Counted from the stretch's first letter, positions 1 through 9,070 are shown. The stretch is DNA of 32,000 nt from Prochlorococcus marinus subsp. pastoris str. CCMP1986 (GCF_000011465.1 NC_005072.1:150001-182000), one strand, 5' to 3'. Notes: generated by a model from the sequence alone, not told the origin. Numbers and translations: made by a program.

Positions 1-1
1 T

Positions 2-625
2 ATTTATCTTTTTGAGCCTGAGATTTTTAACTATATTCCATCAGGAGATAAATTTGATATTGGTGCTGATCTTTTTCCTAAACTTGTTGAAATGGATTTA
101 CCATTTTTTGCTTTGCCGATGGATTTTGAGTGGGTAGATATTGGAAAAGTTCCTGATTACTGGAGTGCGATTAGAAATGTTTTATTAGGTAAAGTAAGGC
201 AAGTGGAAATTCCTGGTAAAGAAATAAAGCCTGGAGTCTTTACTGGTCTTAATGTTGCTGCAAATTGGGATAAAGTTAATATAAAAGGACCTGTTTATAT
301 CGGAGGGATGACAAGAATAGAAGATGGTGCAACTATTATTGGCCCCTCTATGATTGGACCAAGTTGTTGCATTTGTGAGGGTGCAACTATTGATAATTCT
401 ATAATCTTTGATTATTCAAAAATTGGGAAAGGAGTACAACTTGTCGATAAATTAGTATTTGGTAGATATTGTGTTGGAAAGAATGGAGACCATTTTGATT
501 TGAAAGATGCTTCTTTGGACTGGTTAATAACAGACTCAAGAAGATTAGATTTAACTGAACCATCTCCTCAACAAAAAGCGATGGCAGAATTACTAGGAAC
601 TGATTTGATTAACATTCCAGATTGA
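2..625 (+). CDS. Sugar-1-phosphate nucleotidyltransferase (mannose-1-P guanylyltransferase-like), 3' part only; the 5' end lies upstream of the window
   Basis: The frame of the 92..625 ORF stays open back to nt 2 (IYLFEPEIFNYIPSGDKFDIGADLFPKLVEM...). This resembles the end of an NTP-transferase domain followed by a hexapeptide-repeat left-handed beta-helix tail (IGPSMIGPSCCICEGATIDNSIIFDYSKIGKGV). The ATG at 92 is therefore internal. Confidence 0.8.
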   Translation: MYLFEPEIFNYIPSGDKFDIGADLFPKLVEMDLPFFALPMDFEWVDIGKVPDYWSAIRNVLLGKVRQVEIPGKEIKPGVFTGLNVAANWDKVNIKGPVYIGGMTRIEDGATIIGPSMIGPSCCICEGATIDNSIIFDYSKIGKGVQLVDKLVFGRYCVGKNGDHFDLKDASLDWLITDSRRLDLTEPSPQQKAMAELLGTDLINIPD

Positions 626-1499
626 GACCAGCTTTTTCAAGTATCTCTGGGATAAGATGTTCTGATTTGACTGCCATAAGATGAATTCCATCTGCAATAT
701 TAATAAAATCTTGAGCTTGCTCTGAAGCAATTAATATTCCTTCTTGAAGTGGATTTTTTGCATCTTTGAGACGATTTAAAACATTTTCAGGAATATTCGC
801 TCCAGGTACAAATTTATTTATGAAAAGAGCATTTTTATATGATTTTAAAAGAAATACTCCTGCAATAACTGGTATCTCAAGTGGATTACTGATTTCGTTG
901 CAAAAGTCTGCTAAACATTTTCTATCCATAACTATTTGAGTTTGTAAGAAATTTGCACCGGCCTCTTTTTTTTTAATTGTTCTACTTTTTAAACTTCTTT
1001 GATTTCGACAACTTGGATCTACTGCCGCACCTGAGAAAATTTCAGTCCTTTTGTCTGGAAGTTGTTCAAAAGTAGGATCAATTCCTTGATTGAATGATTG
1101 AATTTGTTTTAATAATCTTACTGCCTCAAATTCATGAACGGCTTTTGTTTCTTGCTGATCTCCGGCTTTTACAGAATCTCCTGTAATGCATAAAATATTT
1201 TTAATTCCTAAGGCATTTGCTCCAAGAATATCTGATTGTAAAGCAATTTTATTACGATCTCTACATGAGATCTGCATTATAGGTTCTATCCCATTGTCTA
1301 GTAATAGTTTAGACATTGCTAAACTACACATTCTCATTATTGCTCTACTTCCGTCTGTAATATTAACTGCATGCACCTTATTTCTCAAGAGTTGTGCTAT
1401 TTTAAGAGATCTTACGGGGTCTCCTCCTCTTGGCGGCATTAATTCTGCTGTAATTACTTTTGAATTCTTTTCTAAAGTTTGCTGAAGTTTTGATTTCAA
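609..1499 (-). CDS. metF: 5,10-methylenetetrahydrofolate reductase
   Basis: 296-aa ORF with MetF-like features throughout (VITAELMPPRGGD, NITDGSRA, ISCRDRN, ILCITGD, GAAVDP, FLQTQIVMD). Its 3' end overlaps the convergent upstream gene by 17 nt. Confidence 0.9.
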   Translation of the reverse strand: MKSKLQQTLEKNSKVITAELMPPRGGDPVRSLKIAQLLRNKVHAVNITDGSRAIMRMCSLAMSKLLLDNGIEPIMQISCRDRNKIALQSDILGANALGIKNILCITGDSVKAGDQQETKAVHEFEAVRLLKQIQSFNQGIDPTFEQLPDKRTEIFSGAAVDPSCRNQRSLKSRTIKKKEAGANFLQTQIVMDRKCLADFCNEISNPLEIPVIAGVFLLKSYKNALFINKFVPGANIPENVLNRLKDAKNPLQEGILIASEQAQDFINIADGIHLMAVKSEHLIPEILEKAGLNLEC

Positions 1500-1576
1500 T
1501 TGCTTTTTTGCCTTACTTGGTTAAGAAGTTTACTGTTGCTGCTAAACTCAACTAATATATTAAAGGAACTGTTTAA

Positions 1577-1855
1577 ATGCAAATGGTTGAAGAAGGTGTT
1601 AATGACATTGATATGATGGGTCTCTCATCAAGAGAGATGGAAATCATAAATTTAGTAGCTGATGGGCTCACGAATCAGGAAATTGCGGTAAGGCTTACTA
1701 TTAGTAAAAGAACTGTCGATAATCATGTAAGTAATATGTTCACTAAAACAGGATCCAAAAATAGAGTAGCTCTTTTAAATTGGGCAATGGATCACGGAAA
1801 AATTTGTAGAGATGGGTTTAATTGTTGTACTCTACCTGATTCAGATCAAGATTAA
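1577..1855 (+). CDS. Stand-alone LuxR/FixJ-type helix-turn-helix transcriptional regulator (92 aa, no receiver or ligand domain)
   Basis: LSSREMEIINLVADGLTNQEIAVRLTISKRTVDNHVSNMFTKTGSKNRVALLNWAMDHG matches the GerE/LuxR C-terminal HTH pattern. It has a short Cys-containing tail (CRDGFNCCTLPDSDQD). Confidence 0.8.
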   Translation: MQMVEEGVNDIDMMGLSSREMEIINLVADGLTNQEIAVRLTISKRTVDNHVSNMFTKTGSKNRVALLNWAMDHGKICRDGFNCCTLPDSDQD

Positions 1856-2003
1856 TATTATTTTCTTTATCGATACTGGATATTAAATTCATTAAACAAC
1901 AATGTGATGAATTAAGTTCAAAAAGTTTTGCATAATCAAGACATGCTTCCTTATCATAGTTAACGCATCTTAGTATTCCATCTCTGTCATACAGACCATA
2001 CAT
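1818..2003 (-). CDS. Hypothetical small protein (61 aa, 4 Cys); coding status uncertain
   Basis: ATG-initiated ORF. It fills what would otherwise be the longest non-coding gap in the window (1856..2079). By eye, its N-terminal two thirds are more GC-rich than typical spacers. The C-terminal tail is low complexity and overlaps the LuxR gene by 38 nt. I recognise no family. Confidence 0.4.
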   Translation of the reverse strand: MYGLYDRDGILRCVNYDKEACLDYAKLFELNSSHCCLMNLISSIDKENNINLDLNQVEYNN

Positions 2004-2020
2004 GTCTAAAAATAATAAAA

Positions 2021-2039
2021 TTTATATTTCAAATATAAA
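2021..2039. promoter_or_regulatory. 19-nt perfect palindrome (tttatattt-c-aaatataaa) upstream of the small ORF; possible promoter or operator
   Basis: The arms 2021-2029 and 2031-2039 are exact reverse complements. They lie 18-36 nt upstream of the ATG at 2003 and contain TATATT/TATAAA -10-like hexamers on both strands. The element is entirely A/T apart from the centre base, so chance occurrence is possible. Confidence 0.25.
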
Positions 2040-2079
2040 GAGAATATAAAGGAAGCGAGAGCTTTTTGGCTAGGTTTTT

Positions 2080-2556
2080 TTAAATCTTCATTTCCCATTT
2101 GGAAAATGGATGTTTTGTCAGATTAAGATTAGTATATTTTGTTAGACCAGTAATTTCTTTTGCTATGAAAGATGGAAGAATAACTTGTTCTTCCTCTTTA
2201 GTAAGCTCAATTTCGGCAATTTCTAAAGGAAAATTTTTGTCTTTAAAGCAATCTACAATCCAATCTTTTCGATCAATTTTTAAAAAAAATCTTTCTTTTT
2301 TAATTGTATTGTTAAGAGTTGACATAATTTTTTCACCTTCACTATTTGGTATTGAGTATTCATATTCGTAATTAGTAAAATTTTTAATATGTTTTTTAAG
2401 TGCAATTTTAAAGTTTTTGCCATTAAATCTGATTCTTACTATCCAATCCTCCAAATGGTGGGAAAGATAGCCCTGCTCTATAAAAGTCTTATGAGTAATA
2501 AAATCATTCCATTGATCATTTTTGATAAGAAATCGTCTTTCAATTTCTAATGCCAT
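2080..2556 (-). CDS. CYTH-domain protein (triphosphate tunnel metalloenzyme / CyaB-ThTPase superfamily)
   Basis: 158 aa starting MALEIERRFLIK. The N-terminal ExExK-like acidic/basic motif (EIERRF), alternating beta-strand pattern and size fit CYTH. The start codon directly abuts the nadK stop (TAG-ATG). Confidence 0.75.
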   Translation of the reverse strand: MALEIERRFLIKNDQWNDFITHKTFIEQGYLSHHLEDWIVRIRFNGKNFKIALKKHIKNFTNYEYEYSIPNSEGEKIMSTLNNTIKKERFFLKIDRKDWIVDCFKDKNFPLEIAEIELTKEEEQVILPSFIAKEITGLTKYTNLNLTKHPFSKWEMKI

Positions 2557-3471
2557 CTAATTATTTTGATTATTTTTTAATGATAAATCTCCTTTCCAAT
2601 CGAGCTTTTTGATTAATGTAATGTAATAGGAAATGCTTTTATTAAATTTAATCATTTTACAGGGCTTTGTTACTTTATTAATTTCACAATAATCATTTTC
2701 TTTTATAGTCATACACTTTGATCCATCTTTCCATAGTTTTATTTCTCTTTTGTTCTTTTGAACGACTCTAATAACTACTTTACTTGTATCAGGAATAATA
2801 ATTGGCCGGCTAGCTAAGCTCATAGGACATATTGGATTTATAACGAATGCATTTATTGAGGGGTGCACTATTGGACCTCCTGCAGCCATAGAGTATGCAG
2901 TTGAACCAGTTGAGGAAGAAATAATTAAACCATCACCTTTGTATTCGTTTACTTTCTCATTATCTATTTCGATTTGAATTTGATTGGTTGGAGAAATATC
3001 TTCTTCAACAGATTTAAAATAAAAGTCATTTAACGCATCATAGCTTTTGAGTATTTTTCTTTCTCTATTCTTCTCGTTGCTATAAACATCACAATGTAAT
3101 CTGTTTCTAAAATCAATTATGAATTCTTCTTTTTCTAAAATTTTGATAAATGATTGGTCAAATAAAAAATCCTTTTCTTGAGTCAAAAATCCTAAATTAC
3201 CGCCAATATTAAAACTAAGTATAGGAATATCATAGTTTACTAATGCATTTGCAGATTTAAGAACAGTGCCATCACCACCAAGAACAATTACTAGATCAGG
3301 TAATGCAGCAAGATTGTAGAAGTAGTTTTCTAATTGATTGTTATCAAAATCACTTTCGATCCTTTTTGATTTAATATTTCTTTCTTTGAGAGTCTTATTA
3401 CAAAATATAGATGCTTCTTTAGCAGTTAAGCTATTAGAACGATAAATAATAAGCACCAATGAAAGATTCAC
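2557..3471 (-). CDS. nadK: NAD(+) kinase
   Basis: GGDGT motif (VLGGDGTVL) and [26 protein letters not shown] signature. There is no in-frame ATG before the GGDGT motif, so a non-ATG start is forced (GTG at 3471, or TTG/GTG at codons 5-6). Confidence 0.9.
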   Translation of the reverse strand: MNLSLVLIIYRSNSLTAKEASIFCNKTLKERNIKSKRIESDFDNNQLENYFYNLAALPDLVIVLGGDGTVLKSANALVNYDIPILSFNIGGNLGFLTQEKDFLFDQSFIKILEKEEFIIDFRNRLHCDVYSNEKNRERKILKSYDALNDFYFKSVEEDISPTNQIQIEIDNEKVNEYKGDGLIISSSTGSTAYSMAAGGPIVHPSINAFVINPICPMSLASRPIIIPDTSKVVIRVVQKNKREIKLWKDGSKCMTIKENDYCEINKVTKPCKMIKFNKSISYYITLIKKLDWKGDLSLKNNQNN

Positions 3472-3481
3472 TTGATGCTTG

Positions 3482-3802
3482 TTACCACTTTAATAAATTA
3501 AAACTTTCCATATCAACAGTCACCCTATTTCTATAAAGAGATAACAATATAGCTAAACCTACAGCAGCTTCTGCTGCTGCAACTGTAATAACAAAAATTG
3601 TAAAAACTTGTCCTTGAATTAGGTTATTGTCCACATAAGAGGAGAAGGCCATCAAATTTATGTTCACTGCATTCAACATTAACTCTATACTCATCAGTAC
3701 TCTTACTGCATTTCTACTATTTAATAATCCCCAAATGCCAATACAAAATAAAACTGAGGAAACTATTAAAAAAGCTTGAAGTGGGATGGATTCTAAATTC
3801 AT
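3482..3802 (-). CDS. ndhE: NAD(P)H-quinone oxidoreductase (NDH-1) subunit 4L / NuoK
   Basis: 106-aa protein with three TM segments and NuoK-like sequence ([29 protein letters not shown]). It lies 1 nt downstream of ndhG. Confidence 0.9.
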   Translation of the reverse strand: MNLESIPLQAFLIVSSVLFCIGIWGLLNSRNAVRVLMSIELMLNAVNINLMAFSSYVDNNLIQGQVFTIFVITVAAAEAAVGLAILLSLYRNRVTVDMESFNLLKW

Positions 3803-3803
3803 C

Positions 3804-4403
3804 TTAATTTTTTTTTATAAGTAAAGGTTCATTTGGTTTCTCTATTAGCTCTTGATCTACCGGTAAACCTGTTGAAATATCTTCATTCATGACATCTCTT
3901 CTAGCCAAAACAATAGCACCAATCATGGCCATTAAGAGCAATACAGATGCCACTTCAAAAGGGAGCAAATAATCACTAAATAAGTGTTCTCCTATTCTTA
4001 CTGTAGATTCTTCCCCTATAGATGCATTAGGTTCAGCCAAACCCCAAGTATTGGATAAATCAACTCTTATTAATAGACTTAGAAGAGTTAAACAAATTGA
4101 TGTTGATATAATTCTTCTTGATTTGATATTTGCAATAGCCTTTAAATCTTCTTTTTTATTAACCAACATTATTGCAAAAATTATTAGAACATTAACTGCC
4201 CCTACATAAACTAAAACTTGAGCTGCAGCAACAAAACTTGCGTTTAGTAGTAGATATAAGCCTGCAACACTCATAAAGACTCCCCCAAGCAAAAATGCAG
4301 AGTAAACAATGTTCTCTAGAAGAATTACACCTAGTGCTCCAATTATTACAACTAAAGATAATACTGAAAAACAAATTATTTGAGTTGTTACTGCTAAAGA
4401 CAT
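3804..4403 (-). CDS. ndhG: NDH-1 subunit 6 / NuoJ
   Basis: 199-aa hydrophobic protein in the conserved ndhA-I-G-E order. NuoJ-like segments are present ([37 protein letters not shown]). Confidence 0.9.
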   Translation of the reverse strand: MSLAVTTQIICFSVLSLVVIIGALGVILLENIVYSAFLLGGVFMSVAGLYLLLNASFVAAAQVLVYVGAVNVLIIFAIMLVNKKEDLKAIANIKSRRIISTSICLTLLSLLIRVDLSNTWGLAEPNASIGEESTVRIGEHLFSDYLLPFEVASVLLLMAMIGAIVLARRDVMNEDISTGLPVDQELIEKPNEPLLIKKN

Positions 4404-4416
4404 GTATTATTTAAAG

Positions 4417-5043
4417 TTATTTATTTGGCTCGACAGTGGGGTTTTTAATATCATTCAATTTTGGTTTCATCCAATCATAAACTTCTTCTGGTAGTTTACC
4501 AACTCGAACATCTGAAGGAGGAACTTCATGAGGATCCATAACTCCTTTAGGCAAATATGCAAGTTCCCTTAGAGGTTTCACAGATGGATCAGTTGTAACG
4601 TTCGTCGGAAGTCTACCTAATGCAATATTATCAAAATTTAAATTATGCCTATCGAATGTAGCTAATTCGTATTCTTCAGTCATAGATAAGCAATTTGTTG
4701 GGCAATATTCAACACAATTCCCGCAAAAAATGCATACTCCAAAGTCTATAGAATAATTTCTAAGTTCCTTTTTCTTAGTTTCCTTATTCATAACCCAGTC
4801 CACAACTGGTAAATTTATCGGACAAACACGTACGCATACTTCACAGGCGATGCATTTATCAAATTCATAATGGATTCTTCCTCTATATCTTTCAGAAGGA
4901 ATTAACTTTTCGTAAGGGTATTGAACAGTAACTGGTCGTCTTCGGAGATGATCAAAAGTTACAGTAAATCCATCATATAAATATTTACCAGCACTGAAGG
5001 CTTCTTTAATATAACTATTTACTTTTTGAAGAAAATCTTTCAT
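4417..5043 (-). CDS. ndhI: NDH-1 subunit I / NuoI (2x[4Fe-4S] ferredoxin-type)
   Basis: Two CxxCxxCxxxCP motifs ([12 protein letters not shown] and [12 protein letters not shown]) and the conserved YPYEK segment. Confidence 0.95.
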   Translation of the reverse strand: MKDFLQKVNSYIKEAFSAGKYLYDGFTVTFDHLRRRPVTVQYPYEKLIPSERYRGRIHYEFDKCIACEVCVRVCPINLPVVDWVMNKETKKKELRNYSIDFGVCIFCGNCVEYCPTNCLSMTEEYELATFDRHNLNFDNIALGRLPTNVTTDPSVKPLRELAYLPKGVMDPHEVPPSDVRVGKLPEEVYDWMKPKLNDIKNPTVEPNK

Positions 5044-5086
5044 TTTAAAGAATTTACTTAGTTATTTTATTCTAGTGTATTTAATA

Positions 5087-5114
5087 AATGTTTAAGTATT
5101 TCTACTTAAACATT
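5087..5114 (-). other. Intercistronic RNA hairpin between ndhA and ndhI (12-bp perfect stem, GAAA loop on the mRNA strand)
   Basis: aatgtttaagta (5087-5098) is the exact reverse complement of tacttaaacatt (5103-5114). The loop tttc reads GAAA on the minus strand. The stem includes two bases of the ndhA stop codon (5113-5115). It is not followed by a clean U-run. Confidence 0.4.
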
Positions 5115-6231
5115 ATCCACCAAAAAATTGAGGAAAAGCTAATTTTAATCCTGCTGTCACAAGTAGATTAGCAAGAGATATGGGTAAAAGGAATTTCCAT
5201 CCTAAATCTAGAAGTTGATCTATTCTCACCCTTGGTGTTGTCCAGCGCAATAATATAGCAACAAAAACCAATAGATATGCTTTGAGAACAGTCATTATGA
5301 TTCCTATAGAAGCTGTGAAAACTTGAATCACAGGAGCATCAATTGGAAGATTTAGAGCTTTAGCAATTATCTCAACAGGAATAGGAAATCCCCATCCACC
5401 TAGATAAAGTATTGATACTAATAATGCAGATAGGATTAAATTTATATAACTGCCTAAATAAAATAAAGCAAATTTCATTCCAGCATATTCAGTTTGATAA
5501 CCCGCTACTAATTCTTCCTCAGCTTCTGGCAAGTCGAATGGTAATCTTTCGCATTCAGCAAGAGCACATATCCAGAAAATTATGAATCCAACAGGTTGCC
5601 TCCATATATTCCAACTTAATATTCCTGCTCCGCTTTGTTGATTAACAATATCAATAGTACTAAGGGAATTTGTCATTAAAACAATGGCTAGTACAGACAA
5701 AGCCAGGGGTATTTCATAGCTAATAGATTGAGCAGCTGCTCTTAATCCGCCTAATAATGAATATTTATTATTCGAGGCGTAGCCACTCATAAGAAGACCA
5801 ATGGGTTGAATACTACTTAGAGCTATCCAAAGAAAAATTCCAATACCAACATTACTAATTAGCAAGTTTTGGCCAAAAGGAACAATTAACCAAGATAGAA
5901 TAACCGGTACCAATACTAATATTGGTCCCGCAGTGAATAGAATTGAATCTGCTTTTGCAGGAATAATATCTTCTTTTACAAGTAATTTCAGACCGTCTGC
6001 AATTGGTTGAAGTACCCCTAAGGCCCCTGCATATTCTGGACCTATTCGTTGTTGAGCAGCAGCAGATATTTTTCTTTCTAACCAAACTGTGACTAATACA
6101 CCAACAACTGCTGATACTAAAACTAATAACATTGGTAAAGGTAGCCAGATTATATGAGCAAGCTCACTTGATAGGCCGAAGCCTTTTAAGATTTCATTAA
6201 AACTATATTCGAGATCTAATCCGGAGTTCAA
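5113..6231 (-). CDS. ndhA: NDH-1 subunit 1 / NuoH
   Basis: 372-aa polytopic membrane protein with NuoH/ND1 signatures ([62 protein letters not shown]). Confidence 0.95.
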   Translation of the reverse strand: MNSGLDLEYSFNEILKGFGLSSELAHIIWLPLPMLLVLVSAVVGVLVTVWLERKISAAAQQRIGPEYAGALGVLQPIADGLKLLVKEDIIPAKADSILFTAGPILVLVPVILSWLIVPFGQNLLISNVGIGIFLWIALSSIQPIGLLMSGYASNNKYSLLGGLRAAAQSISYEIPLALSVLAIVLMTNSLSTIDIVNQQSGAGILSWNIWRQPVGFIIFWICALAECERLPFDLPEAEEELVAGYQTEYAGMKFALFYLGSYINLILSALLVSILYLGGWGFPIPVEIIAKALNLPIDAPVIQVFTASIGIIMTVLKAYLLVFVAILLRWTTPRVRIDQLLDLGWKFLLPISLANLLVTAGLKLAFPQFFGG

Positions 6232-6306
6232 AATTTTATTGTTATTTATTCTTTAGATTAACTCTTCATAAACAATATGTGTGTTTTTTATGAAAAGCTG
6301 AAGATA

Positions 6307-7452
6307 TTATTTTCGATTTTCTAAAGTAATCCAATCTCTTGGAGCCGAACCGGTATAAATTTGAGACGGTCTAAAAATTCTGTTTGCGCCTAATTGTTCC
6401 CTCCAATGAGCTAACCAACCTGCGACTCTTGATATTGCAAAAATAGGAGTAAATAAGTCACGGGGAATACCAAGTTTTCTGTAAACAAGGCCAGAATAAA
6501 AATCAACGTTTGGGAAAATACCTTTTCCTCCTAGCCTTGGGATAGCCTCTAACTCTAATTTTTTAGCAACTTCATACATTTCATCTTTTCCAAACCTAAC
6601 AAAAAGCTCCTCTGCTAATTTCTGAAGAATAATTGCTCGAGGATCTTTAACTTTGTACTCTCGATGTCCGAAACCCATTATTTTACTTTTGTTTTGAATA
6701 GCATCTTCTAAAAATGAAGCAGCTTTTTCTGGAGTTTTAATATCTTCTAACATGGCAATTACATCTTCATTAGCTCCACCATGAAGAGGACCAGCTAATG
6801 TTCCTACTGCAGAGGCAATTACTGCGTATGGGTCTGTAAGAGTGCTAGCCGTAACTCGTGCGCTAAATGTACTCGCATTTAAACTATGTTCTGCATGAAG
6901 AATTAGGCATCTATCAAAAACTTTTGCAGCTATGGGATCTTGTTCTTTTTCAGTCAACATGTAAAGAAAATTCGATGAGTAGGATAAATCATCCCTAGGT
7001 TGAATGGGATCTTGTCCTTTTCTTATAAGTTGAAATGCAGCAATCATTGTTGGAATTTTTGCAATTAGTCTTATCACTGCGTTGTAGATATACTTGGGAT
7101 CATCTATCGCTCTTCTTGAGTAGAAAAGACCAAGAGAGGCGGCACTGGACTGCAGAGCATCCATGGGATGCCCTGTGGCAGGAAAGCATTTCATCATATC
7201 TCTTACTCTGAAGCTTAATCTCCGATGCATCTGTACTTCTTGTTCAAAATCTCTTAGTTCTGTTGCTGAAGGTAATTCTCCCCAAATTAATAAAAAAGCA
7301 GTCTCTAAGAAACTACTTTTCTGTGCTAATTCTTCAATTGAATAGCCTCTATATAATAATTTCCCTTTTTGACCGTCAATATCACATATTGATGAATTAG
7401 TTACTGGAACTCCCTCTAATCCTGGTTTTAAAATTAGTTTATGAGTATCCAA
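6307..7452 (-). CDS. gltA: Citrate synthase
   Basis: 381 aa with citrate synthase signatures (LHAEHSLNASTF, GPLHGGANE, GFGHREYKVKDPR). Confidence 0.95.
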   Translation of the reverse strand: MDTHKLILKPGLEGVPVTNSSICDIDGQKGKLLYRGYSIEELAQKSSFLETAFLLIWGELPSATELRDFEQEVQMHRRLSFRVRDMMKCFPATGHPMDALQSSAASLGLFYSRRAIDDPKYIYNAVIRLIAKIPTMIAAFQLIRKGQDPIQPRDDLSYSSNFLYMLTEKEQDPIAAKVFDRCLILHAEHSLNASTFSARVTASTLTDPYAVIASAVGTLAGPLHGGANEDVIAMLEDIKTPEKAASFLEDAIQNKSKIMGFGHREYKVKDPRAIILQKLAEELFVRFGKDEMYEVAKKLELEAIPRLGGKGIFPNVDFYSGLVYRKLGIPRDLFTPIFAISRVAGWLAHWREQLGANRIFRPSQIYTGSAPRDWITLENRK

Positions 7453-7531
7453 AATTTTAATGTGATATGAATCGTTTATAGATCTAAGATAGTCAAATAA
7501 TTTTTAATTAACCACAAGATATCAATCAAAT

Positions 7532-9010
7532 TTAATTATTAAATATTTTAAAATTAGTTTCTGCATAATAAAAAGGAGCTGTTTCTGGAATGGATTGTTT
7601 GATTACTGCTTTAAATTCTGTAATTGATAAATTAATTATATTTTTAAAAAAGTAATTAATGTTTTCTAAATAAGAGAAATTTTTAGTTTGTATAGAGTAA
7701 GGATTCTTGAGATTTAATTTTTTATTTAGAAAGTATTTAGCATGACTATCCCCTCTTAAACTAAAAAACTCATTTGAAATTGAATCTATATCTGTCTCAT
7801 TTACCAATGTGTTACTAATAAAGTTTAGATTGTCAGTCTCAACTAAAAAAATCTTTTTATAATTTAACTGTTTTATAATATTTTCTTCTTTTAAAAGTAC
7901 ATCTTTTGAATATATTGTATAAATATTATTATTATTTTCTAAACTATTTTTATTAAAATCTTCTAATAATTTTATGTTCTCAATGGGTAAATAATTTTTA
8001 TCATAAATTACTAACCAATTGTTATCGGAACTTAAGAATAGTATATTAGATTTTAATTTATTATTTAGTTCTTTAATAATAGCCTTTTCAAAACTGTTTA
8101 TTTCAATATTATCAAGATACTTATTTGAATCTAATAAATCATTATAAATAGATAGTTGATAATTTTTTTTATCTAATATATTTACTGTATCCATATTTTT
8201 ATATAATATAATATCTGAAATTTTGTTATTATTAACTAAATATGACTTTAATATAATTTCTTTATCCTTAAAATCAAATAAGGTTAATAAAGAGTCCTCT
8301 TTTCTTAGAGAATAATTTTTTGTATTTAATAGTTCATTTGTTTTAAAATTATTTGTTAAAAAGATATTATGTTCATTTTTAAAATTATTCAATACTTCTT
8401 TTAAAGAGATATATTTGTTTTCAATATTAATTGATTGTAATGCATCAAGTATTAAGGTTTTATTAGAGGAAGTAATAATATAATTATCATTAGTTCGATA
8501 AATATATTTTAAATAATTTAATTTATTTTCTCTAAATATTTTAATTAATTTATCAGGCTCATCAATTTTATTAGGAAGATTTAAAATATCGTCTATATCT
8601 TTATTTTCCTTTATTTTGAATATTATTAAAACATCATCTATCTCTTTTTCTTTATTATCATGGGTAGTAATTAAAAGTTCATTATTATAAATATCTTCTA
8701 ATTTGTAAGTACCTAAATCTAAACCTAAGTAAGCCAATATACTATTTTTTACTAAAACAAGCTCATCTTGATTTGTTGTTTCAAAGTTTGTCCTTATGGC
8801 GTTAGTAATTTTTGAACTTTTAGTATTTGAAATGAAGAATTTTTTATTATCTTTCGGTAAGTACTTCAAGATCTTTAATTCTGAAATATCATTTTGATTT
8901 CCTTTATTTAAACTATAAGAAGTTTCTTCAAATCCAAAAATACAACATAAGAATAATATTGTTATTACAGTAAGATATTTAATATTCATTTTTATTTTTA
9001 TTTTTAACAA
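7532..9010 (-). CDS. Hypothetical protein with an N-terminal hydrophobic signal/anchor; extremely Asn/Lys/Ile/Leu-rich. It may belong to a cyanobacteria-specific DUF family (unverified).
   Basis: This is an uninterrupted 492-codon ORF in DNA of about 19% GC, where random stops would be frequent, and that argues for real coding. The N-terminus MNIKYLTVITILFLCCIFGF looks like a signal or anchor. The start could be 9010 or the second ATG at 8989. No catalytic motif is recognised. Confidence 0.6.
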   Translation of the reverse strand: MLKIKIKMNIKYLTVITILFLCCIFGFEETSYSLNKGNQNDISELKILKYLPKDNKKFFISNTKSSKITNAIRTNFETTNQDELVLVKNSILAYLGLDLGTYKLEDIYNNELLITTHDNKEKEIDDVLIIFKIKENKDIDDILNLPNKIDEPDKLIKIFRENKLNYLKYIYRTNDNYIITSSNKTLILDALQSINIENKYISLKEVLNNFKNEHNIFLTNNFKTNELLNTKNYSLRKEDSLLTLFDFKDKEIILKSYLVNNNKISDIILYKNMDTVNILDKKNYQLSIYNDLLDSNKYLDNIEINSFEKAIIKELNNKLKSNILFLSSDNNWLVIYDKNYLPIENIKLLEDFNKNSLENNNNIYTIYSKDVLLKEENIIKQLNYKKIFLVETDNLNFISNTLVNETDIDSISNEFFSLRGDSHAKYFLNKKLNLKNPYSIQTKNFSYLENINYFFKNIINLSITEFKAVIKQSIPETAPFYYAETNFKIFNN

Positions 9011-9070
9011 TAAACATGTTCTTGCAACCTTACTTATAAAATTGTTAATAACAAATATTTATTCTAACAA

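Noticed and set aside
1186-1485. A 99-aa plus-strand ORF inside metF. The same applies to other nested ORFs in the track: 2099-2371, 4192-4374, 5855-6085, 7163-7345, 13159-13359, 14726-14947, 15664-15855, 17993-18181, 20058-20306, 22903-23100, 28590-28826, 30114-30317, 30684-30896 and 31488-31670.
   Set aside because: All lie entirely or almost entirely within longer ORFs that carry unmistakable conserved-family motifs. Their products are low-complexity or hydrophobic strings with no recognisable motif. They are shadow ORFs.
2041-2079. A T-run (ggttttttt) that looked like an intrinsic terminator downstream of the LuxR gene.
   Set aside because: I could not find a complementary stem preceding the T-run on the plus strand. 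On the minus strand it is an A-run, so it cannot terminate the CYTH transcript either.
6260-6295. A weak inverted repeat (ttcataaa ... tttatgaa) between gltA and ndhA as a possible gltA terminator.
   Set aside because: It has only an 8-bp all-A/T-rich stem with a loop of about 13 nt, and it lacks a convincing U-tract on the minus strand. It is indistinguishable from chance.
7532-9010. The idea that the very AT-rich 492-aa gene marks a horizontally acquired island or mobile element.
   Set aside because: There is no integrase or transposase, no flanking tRNA and no direct or inverted terminal repeats. The gene is flanked on both sides by core housekeeping genes in tight spacing. The low GC is better explained by relaxed constraint in an already AT-rich genome.
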